Origin: an uncultured Pseudomonadota bacterium
Lineage (GTDB): Bacteria; Pseudomonadota; Alphaproteobacteria; Acetobacterales; Acetobacteraceae
Reading direction: 5' to 3'
Length of the DNA stretch: 64,000 nucleotides
NCBI GenBank assembly: GCA_963780465.1
Contig: CAWACI010000006.1
Location: forward strand, 11,676-75,675
In this document: in pieces, positions 39,281 to 48,721 of the stretch
How positions within the stretch are numbered: position 1 is the first letter of the stretch
Layout: every line of letters begins with the position of its first letter
Notes under the pieces: generated by a model
Told to the model about the DNA's origin: nothing
What the model saw: only the letters and a program-made list of their open reading frames with translations
Database searches by the model: none
Position numbers and translations under genes: made by a program

Positions 39281-42200
39281 CTAACCGAGCATCATCAGGC
39301 TCGCATTCCCGCCCGCCGCCGCCGTATTGACGGAGACGACCCGCTCGGTGAACAGCCAGGCGGGATTATATTGCGCACCGGCGGCAAGCGCCGGGGTGTC
39401 GAGCGCCTGGAAGGGGATGATCGGGCCGGGCCGGGCCGCCAGGCCGGTATGAAAGGCCAAGACCTCATCCGCATCACCCTCGAACAAAACCGCATCGAAT
39501 GGCTGATCGGCGGCAGAACTCGCAAGGCAGAAGCCGGCATTGACGGCGGCAAACTGCGCCCGCCGGCCCGCCTCTGTTTTGGCGCGGCACAGCACAATTC
39601 CGCAGGGACGCAGCTCATAGCGGTTCCGCTCCCCGGCCGGGCCCACGAGCTCCCGCGATGGCGGCAGGAATGGCGGCGCGTACGCCAGCAGGCGGTGCAG
39701 ATAGAGTGGGCCACCTGCTTTCGGCCCGGTGCCGGAGAGCCCATGGCCGCCGAAAGGCTGCACACCCACGACCGCACCGACCATGTTGCGGTTGACGTAA
39801 ATATTGCCGGCGGCGGCTTTGGCCGTCACGCGCGCGATCACGTCTTCGATGCGGCTATGCACGCCGAATGTCAGCCCATAGCCGGTCGCGTTGATCGCCG
39901 CGAGCAACGCGTTCAACCCGCTCCGGGGAAAGTGCAAAACATGCAGAACCGGGCCGAACACCTCCCCGCGCAGCACCTCAATTCCGGGAATTTCGATCAG
40001 CGTCGGCGGCACGAAATGATCACCATCAGCGGCACGGAATTGCGTTACGCGATACCCCGCCCCGTGCATCGCCGCGATATGCGCCATGACCGCCTCCTGC
40101 GCGGCGGCGGAAATCATCGGGCCGATATCGATGGCGAGGCGCTCGGGCGCGCCCTGGCGCAGCTCCGCCATTGCATCGCGCAGGAGCGGCAGGATGCGGC
40201 CGGCAACGTCGTCCTGCAGACAGAGCACACGCAGCGCCGAACAGCGTTGACCCGCCGAATTGAAGGCGGAATACAGCGCATCCGTGACGACCTGCTCCGG
40301 CAGGGCGGAGGAATCGACGATCATCGCGTTCTGTCCGCCGGTTTCGGCGATCAACGGGATCGGGCGCGCATGCCGGTCGGTGCGCGCCGCGAGCTGCTGA
40401 TTGATATGCCGGGCAACCGCGGTCGAACCGGTGAAGACCACGCCATCGCAACGCGGATCGGCCACCAGCGCCGCGCCGACCGCGCCATCGCCTTGCAGGC
40501 ATTGCAGTCGCGCCGGGGGCACGCCGGCCTCGTGCAGAAATGCCACGGCCAGCGCTGCGGTATACGGGGTCTCCTCGGCCGGCTTGGCCAGAACGCCGTT
40601 GCCGGCGGCAAGTGCCGCGGCAACCTGGCCGGCAAAAATCGCCAGCGGAAAATTCCACGGGCTGATGCAGAGGACGGTGCCGAGCGGGCGGTGCGTAGCC
40701 TCGTCCCATCCCTCCGTCTGCGCCGTGTAATAACGCAAAAAATCCACTGCTTCGCGGATTTCGGCGATGGCATCCGGCAAGGTTTTTCGTCCCTCCACGA
40801 CGAGCCGCTCCAACAGCCGGCAGCGATTGGCCTCGAATATCTCCGCCGCATTTTTGAGCGCGACCTGCCGCTCTCGCACCGGCCATGGCGGCAGATCCTG
40901 CGCGCGGGAGAAGGCCGTCTCGATCTCGCGGCTGCCGGCCGAACGCGGGGGTTCTTGCATAAACACTGTTGCCGCCAGTGTTTCGGCAAGGCGGCGCAGT
41001 TCGGCCTCATTGCCAAAGTCGAACCCGTTGGAATTTTTTCTCTCCGGCTCAAAGAGTTTCGGCGGCAGCGCGATCTGTTCATGCGGCGCCCCCAGCTTCT
41101 GGTGGGACACCACCTGCGCCACGGGATCGGCGAGCAGTTCGTCGAGCGGCACGGATACATCGCCCAGGCGATTGACGAAGGACGTGTTGGCGCCATTTTC
41201 CAGCAGCCGGCGCACGAGATAAGCGAGCAATGTCTCATGCGTGCCGACCGGCGCATAGATTCGGCAGGGCGCGGCCAGATGGTTCGCCAATGCGGCCTCG
41301 TAAAGCGCCTCGCCCATGCCGTGCAGACACTGAAACTCATACCGGCTGGAGGGATAATCCGCCGCCAGCGTGGCGACGCTGGCAATCGTCAGCGCGTTAT
41401 GGGTGGCGAATTGCGGGAATATTTGCGCTCCCGCCGCCAGCAGTTTTTTCGCGCAGGCAAGGTAGGACAGGTCGGTATGCGCCTTGCGCGTAAACACCGG
41501 GAAATCGGCGAGCCCCTCGCTTTGCGTGCGCTTGATTTCCGCATCCCAATAGGCACCTTTGACCAGCCGCAGCATCAACCGATGGCCGCTGCGGCGCGCG
41601 AGATCGATACAGTGGTCAAGCACGAACGTGGCGCGCTTCTGATAGGCCTGTACGGCGAGGCCGATGCCGTGCCAGCCTGCAAATGCCGGATCCAGGCAGA
41701 TTGCCTCGAGAAGGTCGAGCGAGAGATCCAGCCGATCGGCCTCCTCCGCATCGATGCTCAGGCCGATATCGTTGTCTCGCGCCAGCATTGCCAGGTCACG
41801 CAGGCGCGGCAGCAATTCCGCCAGCACCCGGCCGCGTTGCGAACGCGTGTAACGGGGATGCAGTGCCGAAAGCTTGATGGAAATACCGGGGCGATCATCC
41901 ACGCCCTGCCCCGTCGCGGCGGCGCCGATGGCAAGGATCGCCTGGCGGTACGCCGCGCCATAGCGTGCCGCGTCGTCCTGCGTCAGGGCGGCCTCACCCA
42001 GCATGTCGTAGGAATAACGAAACCCCTTGGTCTCCCACACCCGCGCCCGCAACAGCGCCTGACCGATCGTCTTGCCGAGCACGAACTGCTCGCCGAGCCG
42101 GTGCATCGCCAGATCCACCGCCTTGCGGATCACCGTCTCGCCGCCTTTGCGCAGCTTGCGCATCAGCGCCCGCTCCGCCTCCGGCGCCGCATCGAGCAAC

Positions 42201-42625
42201 CGGCCCGACATCATCAGCCCCCAGGTGGCGGCATTGACGAAGCGCGACGGGCTATGGCCGAGATGGCGCCGCCAATCGCCTGCACAAAGCTTGTCGCGGA
42301 TCAGCGCGTCGCGGGTCTCGGTGTCGGGGATGCGCAGCAACGCCTCGGCGAGGCACATGAGCGCGATGCCCTCGGCGCTGGACAAAGCGTATTCGCGGAG
42401 CAGTGCCTCGACACCGTTCGGCTGATGCCTCTCGCGCAATACCGTCACGATCTTCGTGGCCGCTTCCCGTGCCGCCGCCGCCTGCGCCGGCGTCAGCCGG
42501 GCCGTGCCGAGCAATGCGGCCACGCAATCAGCCTCCGGGCGCCGGTAGGCTTCGGTGATCGCCCGCCGCAACCCAGTCTGAATGGTCGTTTCCGCCAGCA
42601 GCGCGGCGAAAGGACGGTTGTGCAT
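39281..42625 (-). CDS. putA: Bifunctional proline dehydrogenase / L-glutamate-semialdehyde (P5C) dehydrogenase
   Basis: LR.AIT.AYRRPE, ALMCLAEALLRIPD, SYDMLGEAA, RLVKGAYWD.EIK, FATHNA, EFQCLHGMG, YLVRRLLENGANTSF, AETGGQN, SAGQRCSALR. Confidence 0.95.
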   Translation of the reverse strand: MHNRPFAALLAETTIQTGLRRAITEAYRRPEADCVAALLGTARLTPAQAAAAREAATKIVTVLRERHQPNGVEALLREYALSSAEGIALMCLAEALLRIPDTETRDALIRDKLCAGDWRRHLGHSPSRFVNAATWGLMMSGRLLDAAPEAERALMRKLRKGGETVIRKAVDLAMHRLGEQFVLGKTIGQALLRARVWETKGFRYSYDMLGEAALTQDDAARYGAAYRQAILAIGAAATGQGVDDRPGISIKLSALHPRYTRSQRGRVLAELLPRLRDLAMLARDNDIGLSIDAEEADRLDLSLDLLEAICLDPAFAGWHGIGLAVQAYQKRATFVLDHCIDLARRSGHRLMLRLVKGAYWDAEIKRTQSEGLADFPVFTRKAHTDLSYLACAKKLLAAGAQIFPQFATHNALTIASVATLAADYPSSRYEFQCLHGMGEALYEAALANHLAAPCRIYAPVGTHETLLAYLVRRLLENGANTSFVNRLGDVSVPLDELLADPVAQVVSHQKLGAPHEQIALPPKLFEPERKNSNGFDFGNEAELRRLAETLAATVFMQEPPRSAGSREIETAFSRAQDLPPWPVRERQVALKNAAEIFEANRCRLLERLVVEGRKTLPDAIAEIREAVDFLRYYTAQTEGWDEATHRPLGTVLCISPWNFPLAIFAGQVAAALAAGNGVLAKPAEETPYTAALAVAFLHEAGVPPARLQCLQGDGAVGAALVADPRCDGVVFTGSTAVARHINQQLAARTDRHARPIPLIAETGGQNAMIVDSSALPEQVVTDALYSAFNSAGQRCSALRVLCLQDDVAGRILPLLRDAMAELRQGAPERLAIDIGPMISAAAQEAVMAHIAAMHGAGYRVTQFRAADGDHFVPPTLIEIPGIEVLRGEVFGPVLHVLHFPRSGLNALLAAINATGYGLTFGVHSRIEDVIARVTAKAAAGNIYVNRNMVGAVVGVQPFGGHGLSGTGPKAGGPLYLHRLLAYAPPFLPPSRELVGPAGERNRYELRPCGIVLCRAKTEAGRRAQFAAVNAGFCLASSAADQPFDAVLFEGDADEVLAFHTGLAARPGPIIPFQALDTPALAAGAQYNPAWLFTERVVSVNTAAAGGNASLMMLG

Positions 42626-42666
42626 AGAGCCGAGATAGGTCCGGCGCGCCGGCACTTCCAGGCATT

Positions 42667-43131
42667 TCACGCCTCCGCGATCAGCCGGCCGCTTTCCTCG
42701 ACGCCGAACGCCTGCAAGCTGCGAAGCGCCGCGTTCACCCCCCGGTTCAACTGCTGGGCGCGGCGGTTGGCGACGACCGAGCGCTTCGAGAAGCGTGCCA
42801 GCGCGGCGCGCAACGCTTCCGCGAGGCCGGCGGCGTCCTCCTCCTCGATCCGCCGAAGCTGGGCCGCCGCGGCGGCGAGGTTTCTGGCGCCGAGCCGGCT
42901 CATGGTCTCGGCGACCTCGGCGAAAGCCGGAGAGGCTGCCTGCAACGCGGCTTCGACGGAGGCGGCGGTAGCGGAGATCTCCTTCGGGCGGCCGGTGAGG
43001 AGCAGGTCATCGAGGTGCTGCAACTTTTGGCTGAGATCCTCGACCAAGACGAGTCCCTGGCGCAGAACGTCGGCAACCGGCGGCTCTGAGCTGGGGTCAG
43101 TGACGGGACGAAACGGCCCGGTCATACCCAT
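42667..43131 (-). CDS. flgN: FlgN-like flagellar export chaperone
   Basis: Helical 154 aa protein directly downstream of flgM; ends ..N.R..QQL..G.....RSL, FlgN-like. Assignment rests mostly on context. Confidence 0.6.
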   Translation of the reverse strand: MGMTGPFRPVTDPSSEPPVADVLRQGLVLVEDLSQKLQHLDDLLLTGRPKEISATAASVEAALQAASPAFAEVAETMSRLGARNLAAAAAQLRRIEEEDAAGLAEALRAALARFSKRSVVANRRAQQLNRGVNAALRSLQAFGVEESGRLIAEA

Positions 43132-43430
43132 CAGCGTGACTCTTTCACGACGGTGAGGATGGCTTGGGCCAGGTCCTCGGGTGCCACGTTGTAATTGCCG
43201 CTTTGCAGCGCCGTGCGGGTCTGCTGCACCGCGGCGTGGTCAACCCCGCCGGCATTGCGGGCACTGGCCAGCAGTTGCGTGTTTGTCTGCGCCGCCGTGC
43301 TCAACGTCACCGCCTCGCTGGCCGGCAACGTCCCGGCCGCGGGGAGCGACGCGCCTGGCGGCAATTTTCCGGCGCCGTTCTGCTCTCCCGGCAAAGCGGG
43401 CGATGCCAGGGGCGGGATCGTGTTGCTCAT
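43131..43430 (-). CDS. flgM: Anti-sigma-28 factor FlgM
   Basis: About 99 aa with disordered N-terminus and the FlgM core EAVTLS....VD..AVQQ.R.ALQSG.Y.V.PE.LAQAI. Confidence 0.78.
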   Translation of the reverse strand: MSNTIPPLASPALPGEQNGAGKLPPGASLPAAGTLPASEAVTLSTAAQTNTQLLASARNAGGVDHAAVQQTRTALQSGNYNVAPEDLAQAILTVVKESR

Positions 43431-43819
43431 GCGGCCTCCGCATTGCGAACCGGCCCGATCATCTCGCAATCGAGCAGCGCCAGGGCCGCTTCAAAATCAT
43501 CCAGAGCGGCCATGGAATTCTCCACATTCGCCCGCAACAGCATGTAGCGTAAAGCGGTGTAGATGGTCATCAAAGCCGGTCCCAGCGTGGTGCCGGCATC
43601 CGTATCAAGAATGCCTGTCATCAACGTCAGCAATTCGTCCGCATGGGCAATCATCGCGACTTTGCTTTTGCTATCGCCTGCCTCAATCGCCGCCCTGGCG
43701 CGCCGGCCATAAAAACGCAGCGCGCGCCAGCCTGGGCGCAGCCAGGCGATGTCTGGTTTTCCGTCGAACATGCCGGAACGGTAACCTGTTGTCATTTTGG
43801 ATGTCATGCTGTTACCCAT
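43427..43819 (-). CDS. fliS: Flagellin chaperone FliS-like protein
   Basis: RA..AIE.GD...K...I..A..LL..M.GILD.D.G..LG.AL..IY......LL.AN; directly downstream of fliD. Confidence 0.75.
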   Translation of the reverse strand: MGNSMTSKMTTGYRSGMFDGKPDIAWLRPGWRALRFYGRRARAAIEAGDSKSKVAMIAHADELLTLMTGILDTDAGTTLGPALMTIYTALRYMLLRANVENSMAALDDFEAALALLDCEMIGPVRNAEAA

Positions 43820-45146
43820 TGCCAGTGCCCGATGCAGAATTGGTAAAGATGCTGAGATAGCTCTGCGCGACCTGTTCCGCGGTCGAGGCGCTCTCCGCCA
43901 CGGTGTATTGCTGAATCAGGGTCTGCAACTGGTCATTATTGCTTTTGCTGATCTGCGTGACCTGATTTTCGAGCGACGTGATCATCCCTTGCAGCGACGT
44001 CGTCTGCGCGCCGACCGAACCGCTGGAATGCGTGGCGCCGCTGGTTGTCCCGATCGCGCCTGTGCTGACATTGTCGAGACTTTGGTAGATCTGCGTGATG
44101 AGCGCCTGGACCGCCGCGGGGTTTTTAACATAGGCGGCGGAAAAGCTGGTGCTGTCGAACGAGACGGCGCCGGCGCTGCTGACCTTGAAACCGATCGCCG
44201 CCGCGCTGAGGCCGCTGGCCGCCGCGGCGCTGACCGCCGTCAGCAACTGGTTTTGCAGGTTGGTGGCGGTGAAATTGCCGAGCAGCGGTCCGCTTTTCGT
44301 GGTGCTGGAGGCGGACGATGAGCTGGGCGGCACGTAGGCGGTCTCTTTGGCGATCATCGACAGCGCCGCATTCAGGTTGCTCGCCACCGATGACACGGCG
44401 GCGGACAGGCCCGACATGGAGGAGCTGACGGACAGGGTGGTATTCCCGGAGCCGGCGAGCGAAATCGTCAGGCCGGACACCGCGCTGCCGAGTTGGTTGG
44501 TGCTGCTGGTCACCGGCACGCCATTGATGTTAAGTATGGCATTTGCGGCCGACTGGCCCAGTTTTTCGCTGCCGCTCGAGCCGGGGCTGTAGCTGAATTT
44601 TGCCAGTGCCCCGGTCCCGGCGACCGAAAACGCCTGGGAACTCCCGGTCGAACTGCTCTGAAACACCAGCCGCGCCCCGGCGCTGGTGCTGACCACATTG
44701 GCCTGCACGCCGCCGCCCACCTTGTTGATCGCCGCCGCGGCACCGCTCAAGGTGAGGCTGCCGGAGCCGACCGCCACTTGCTCGGTCTTGCCCGGTGCTC
44801 CCGCCGAGCCTTGCAGCGCCGAATAGATTTCCTGCGCTTTCGCCAGGACCACATTGGTGAGGTTGAACGTGTCGATCGGCGCGCCGATCGCCGCCGTCGC
44901 GGTGGCGACCGCATTGGTCGAGGAGGTGACGGCGCGGTTGTTGATGCTGCCCAGGTCGGAAATCCCCGCCAGCGAATTCGACAGCGTGGACATCGCCCCG
45001 CTGCTCGCGCCCCAGGCGGATATCTCCGCCTTGTCGCCGGTGACCTGGTTGTCGAGATTAGTGATCGGTGCCTGCAACCGCGTTTCGACCTGACTGATTT
45101 CGCTGGAGACCTGGCTGGACCCGAGACTGCTGACGGTAGACATCAC
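43812..45146 (-). CDS. fliD: Flagellar filament cap protein (HAP2)
   Basis: SSLGS...SEI, KAEISAWG...LSNSL..ISD, A.INK.G.GVQA.VV, G+.VTSSTNQ...A+SG+TI.L; Ser/Thr/Gly/Ala-rich. AGGAGG RBS. Confidence 0.8.
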   Translation of the reverse strand: MMSTVSSLGSSQVSSEISQVETRLQAPITNLDNQVTGDKAEISAWGASSGAMSTLSNSLAGISDLGSINNRAVTSSTNAVATATAAIGAPIDTFNLTNVVLAKAQEIYSALQGSAGAPGKTEQVAVGSGSLTLSGAAAAINKVGGGVQANVVSTSAGARLVFQSSSTGSSQAFSVAGTGALAKFSYSPGSSGSEKLGQSAANAILNINGVPVTSSTNQLGSAVSGLTISLAGSGNTTLSVSSSMSGLSAAVSSVASNLNAALSMIAKETAYVPPSSSSASSTTKSGPLLGNFTATNLQNQLLTAVSAAAASGLSAAAIGFKVSSAGAVSFDSTSFSAAYVKNPAAVQALITQIYQSLDNVSTGAIGTTSGATHSSGSVGAQTTSLQGMITSLENQVTQISKSNNDQLQTLIQQYTVAESASTAEQVAQSYLSIFTNSASGTGNG

Positions 45147-45208
45147 GCCTCCTGCTGGTTACGAAACTGCCGGCCGGAGCGAACGCCCCCGGCCGGCAAC
45201 GTTTGGGC

Positions 45209-45360
45209 TTAGGGCAGCAGCGCCAGATTGGATTGCTGCAGCGTGGTCGAGGATTTGAGCGCCGCCACGCCGGACTGCGCCTGGATCTGCGCCTCGACCA
45301 GCTTGTTGCTCACCGCCGGGATGTTGGCGTCCTGCACGCCCCCCAGCGCACCAGCGGCAG
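45209..45360 (-). pseudogene. fliC: Flagellin C-terminal fragment (5' part missing)
   Basis: Reads LGGVQDANIPAVSNKLVEAQIQAQSGVAALKSSTTLQQSNLALLP*, matching the flagellin D0 pattern (DAD.A....L...QI..Q.G.A.L...N...Q..L.LL). In-frame stop just upstream, no start codon. Followed by a GC hairpin at 45168-45198. Confidence 0.72.
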
Positions 45361-45426
45361 CGATTTTAACAGCATGTTCCTATGGAACATCGCTGAAAAT
45401 GATTTCGCGTCCTACGACAGAAAAAT

Positions 45427-46922
45427 GCCTCTTTTGAAATCCGAGTGGGTTGAGGCTGCCGGTCTGGCGGCCTGACGACGAACCCGCATCCATCCCTTTG
45501 TTCGACCAGGGAGACCATCCCTTCGCTCCCGACCTGCCTTCCTCAGGGCAAGGCGGCGGTCGGCGGTCAAGGATGGCCATCGGCCACCGCGCAGCGGCGC
45601 GGAGCGTCCTTGAGGGCCGACCGCCGTTTTGCCATGCTGGGTGCAGGTGGGGCTCGGAAGGAGCGTGCGCAGATGCAGAACCAACTCTTTGAAGCGGCCT
45701 TGGGCATTGCCAAGCCGTGGTACGTCAACGGTGTCGATTTCGACGCAGCCAAGAAGACGCTGACGATCAACGTGGATTTCGTCGCGGGAACGCGGTTTCC
45801 GGTACCCGCCGTGGCAGGCGTGCATCCGGTTCACGACACCCAGATCAAGCGCCTGCGGCACCTCAATTTCTTCCAGCACGAATGCTTCCTGGAAGTCAGG
45901 ACACCGCGGGTGAAGCTGCCGGACGGAAAGGTCGTCCTGTTCGAGCCCGACTGGTTCGGCAAGCTCCCCGGGTTCACTTTGTTGTTCGAGGCGCTGGTGC
46001 TGGCCATGGCTCAGCAGATGACCTTTGCCGCCGTGGCCAAGCTGGTTGGCAAATCCTGGCATCGCGTCCACGCGATCTGTTCGCGCTATGTCGATCTTGC
46101 CCTGGCCGAGGCCGATTTGTCGGCAGTGACCGCCGTAGCGATCGACGAGACGTCGTGTCGGCGCGGCCATAATTACCTGACCATCGCCGCCGACATGGAC
46201 AAACGCAAGGTGGTGTTCGTCACCGAAGGCAAGGACGCCAAAACCATCATCGGCTTCGCCGAATACCTAGCCGCGCACAAGGCCACGCCCGAGCAGGTCG
46301 CCTCGGTGAGCATCGACATGTCGCCCGCCTTCATCAAGGGCGTCGCCGACAGCCTGCCGAACGCGCGCGTCACGTTCGACAAGTTCCACGTCGTCGCCCA
46401 TGCCTCCACCGCCGTCGATGAGACGCGTCGCCTCGAACAGCGCACCGACCCGAGCCTCAAGGGGCTGCGCTGGACGCTGCTGAAGGATCGCGACCGCCTC
46501 TCCGACCAAGGCCGCGCCGACCTCGACGCGCTCATCGCCAAGGCCGCCACCAAGCGTACCGCCCGCGCCTGGCTCTACCGCGAGCATCTGCGCGAAATCC
46601 TCGACCGCAAGCAGATCAACGTCGTCTCCGCCATGCTCACGCAATGGTGCACCAATGTTCTGCGCTCCAAGGTCGAGCCGATGAAAGACGTCGCAAGAAT
46701 GATCCGCAAGCACTTCGAGGGCATCGTCGCCTGGACACAGACACGCCAGACCAACGGCTTCATCGAGGCCCTCAACGGCCTCTTCCAGGCCGCCAAACGC
46801 AAGGCCCGGGGCTATACGCGCTTTGCCACCATGCGAACCGTCCTCTTCCTCATCGCGGGAAAACTCGACTTCACCCGGATCAACCCGCATGCCGCATAGC
46901 CCACTCAAAATTCAAAAGAGCC
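45427..46922 (+). mobile_element. ISL3-family insertion sequence
   Basis: IRs GCCTCTTTTGAAATCCGAGTGGG / rc GGCTCTTTTGAATTTTGAGTGGG (19/23); 8-bp TSD AGAAAAAT at 45419-45426 and 46923-46930. Confidence 0.94.
45673..46899 (+). CDS. ISL3-family transposase
   Basis: HLNFFQH.C.L..RTPRV, AIDETS.RRGH.Y.T, SIDMSPAF.KG, TFDKFHV, TNG..E..N...Q.AKR.ARGY. Confidence 0.95.
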   Translation: MQNQLFEAALGIAKPWYVNGVDFDAAKKTLTINVDFVAGTRFPVPAVAGVHPVHDTQIKRLRHLNFFQHECFLEVRTPRVKLPDGKVVLFEPDWFGKLPGFTLLFEALVLAMAQQMTFAAVAKLVGKSWHRVHAICSRYVDLALAEADLSAVTAVAIDETSCRRGHNYLTIAADMDKRKVVFVTEGKDAKTIIGFAEYLAAHKATPEQVASVSIDMSPAFIKGVADSLPNARVTFDKFHVVAHASTAVDETRRLEQRTDPSLKGLRWTLLKDRDRLSDQGRADLDALIAKAATKRTARAWLYREHLREILDRKQINVVSAMLTQWCTNVLRSKVEPMKDVARMIRKHFEGIVAWTQTRQTNGFIEALNGLFQAAKRKARGYTRFATMRTVLFLIAGKLDFTRINPHAA

Positions 46923-47252
46923 AGAAAAATAGCTGATGCGGCATCGCATCAAATCGGCGGAACGACAGCCGGCTTGCCACCCGCTCCCGTTGAACCACGG
47001 CCGCCTTCCAACCCGCTACCACATCCATCATCCGTCGATAATGCTGGCCCCATCCCTGAAGCCAGTCCGCCCCCCAGCTCTCTGGTCGCGCAAGCCACAA
47101 AATTTGCGGCGCAAATCTGGCCGCAAATCTCTGCCGCCGCACAAGCTCTTGGCGTGCCCAAAGTCGCCGTTCTGGCACAAACAGCGCTGGAGACGGGCTG
47201 GGGCAACGCCACTGCGGGAAACAATCTATTCGGCATCAAAGCTTCCGTAAAT

Positions 47253-48446
47253 CAGGGCGATTCATTAAACTGCTGCGATCATTTGTGTGGCTCGGCTTCG
47301 GTTGTCCTGGAAATGCTCGATTGCCCTTGTGGGTGACCGTGAAACCGAGCGCATGACTTTGAGAGCGAAGCTGGTGAGCGAGAAGACATTACGGGGTGCG
47401 TTGTCGAGCCGGTTGGTGTAGCCATCTTCTCCGAGCATGACGTCTTTGTTTCGATGCATGATCTCGATACCCCAATGCTTGCGGTTGAGGTTGAGAAGGT
47501 ATTCAGCCGATGCTTCGTCTTTGGTCAGGCTGGTGATGAGATAGGCAATTTCCTGTTGCTCCTGCCACACGCCCTTCACCCTGCGTTGGCGTGAGCGGGT
47601 CACACGGCATATCTGGCTGACGGTTGGCCATTCCTGCGTGATGTCTGCGGCTTGGGCCGGCAACACTTCGATCTTGCGCCGTTCGATACGTCCATGCGCC
47701 TTGGTGGCGCCGCTATCGAAAGTTGCGAGGGGGAAAAACCGGCTCCGCGAAGGCCGTTTCAATATTTTTTCGCAATGTCTTTTGGTTGTTTTTGACGGGA
47801 AGAAGGTAGTCTCCGCCAGCGTCCACCACGGTCTGTGCAATGGCCCTCTGGCAGAAGATCGCATCACCGGTGACAATCCGGTCGCGCAAATCAAGCCGGG
47901 CGAGTAACTTCAGTGCATCAGGAATTTCCAGCCCCTTGCCGCGTGACGCCTCATGCGAAAGGATCGTCTGCAGACCTCCACAAAAAGCTGACAGCACGTG
48001 CTCGGCGCGGCCATCTCCATCCTTGCTTGCCCGCAGTGTCTTGCCGTCTATGGCAATATGACGGTCATCACTGTTATCCGCCAGCACGACCGCGCCCAGG
48101 ATATCGGCAACGGCCTGGGCATCGAGGATGCGCAGCGTTTCGGTCAGCGTCGCGTGACAGGGGGTATGGCCACGCATAAAACCCAATTGCCGTTTTTGCA
48201 CGTGCGTCAGACTTCGCCCCAGAAGAAACGCTGCCTTCATGCCCCGCCGCCCACAAAGCATGGAAACCAAAATCAGACCGAGGATCGACCAAAGCCTGTA
48301 ATCCCGTCCTTGCCGACCACGCGGATCGGGGATCCGTTCCAAAACCTTCTTCAACTCCATCGCCCAAACCTCAAAATCAGAGGTACTACCAAATCATATA
48401 AAATCGCGTCGGATCAATAGGATATGGACTTCAACAAATTGCCCTG
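47253..48446 (-). mobile_element. ISAs1-family insertion sequence; transposase in two overlapping ORFs (47713-48360, 47265-47894)
   Basis: IRs CAGGGCGATTCATTAAA / rc CAGGGCAATTTGTTGAA (13/17); 9-bp TSD TCCGTAAAT at 47244-47252 and 48447-48455. Motifs IPDPR...G..Y, IAIDGKTLR, VTGDA.FCQ, K.NQ.TL, HGR.E.R, HW.IE..H...DV...ED. T5C5 junction at 47729-47738. Confidence 0.92.
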
Positions 48447-48721
48447 TCCGTAAATGAGCCGGGCTTGACGCAGCCTACCCATGAAGTCGTCAACAGCGTT
48501 CTGGTGCCGCAAGTGGCGTCGTTTTGTAATTACGCCGCCCCCGCGCAGAGCATTTCTGATTACGTCGACACGGTGCAGACAATTTTTTTTTGGCGCAAAA
48601 AACCAGCGCAAGGTGAATGGATTCGCCGAGGCTTTACAAAATTCCGGCTACGCAACGGATGCGAATTATGCCCAGAAACTCATTAATCTCGCCCAGTCTC
48701 CGCTGATGAGCCAAGTTCTGA

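Noticed and set aside
39266-43156. 1296-aa plus-strand ORF, and similar long antisense ORFs (18465-20243, 52657-54417, 57383-58828, 10651-12060)
   Set aside because: They are shadows of well-supported opposite-strand genes in GC-rich DNA; Arg/Gly/Ala-rich with no recognisable motifs.
45146-45210. Sigma-28 promoter for fliD
   Set aside because: No TAAA-N15-GCCGATAA-like sequence; only a GC hairpin and the RBS are present.
45545-45630. Long stem-loop (CGGCGGTCGGC...TCAAGGA / TCCTTGA...GCCGACCGCCG) before the ISL3 transposase as a separate ncRNA
   Set aside because: It lies inside the ISL3 IR/TSD boundaries and is best treated as part of the IS leader.
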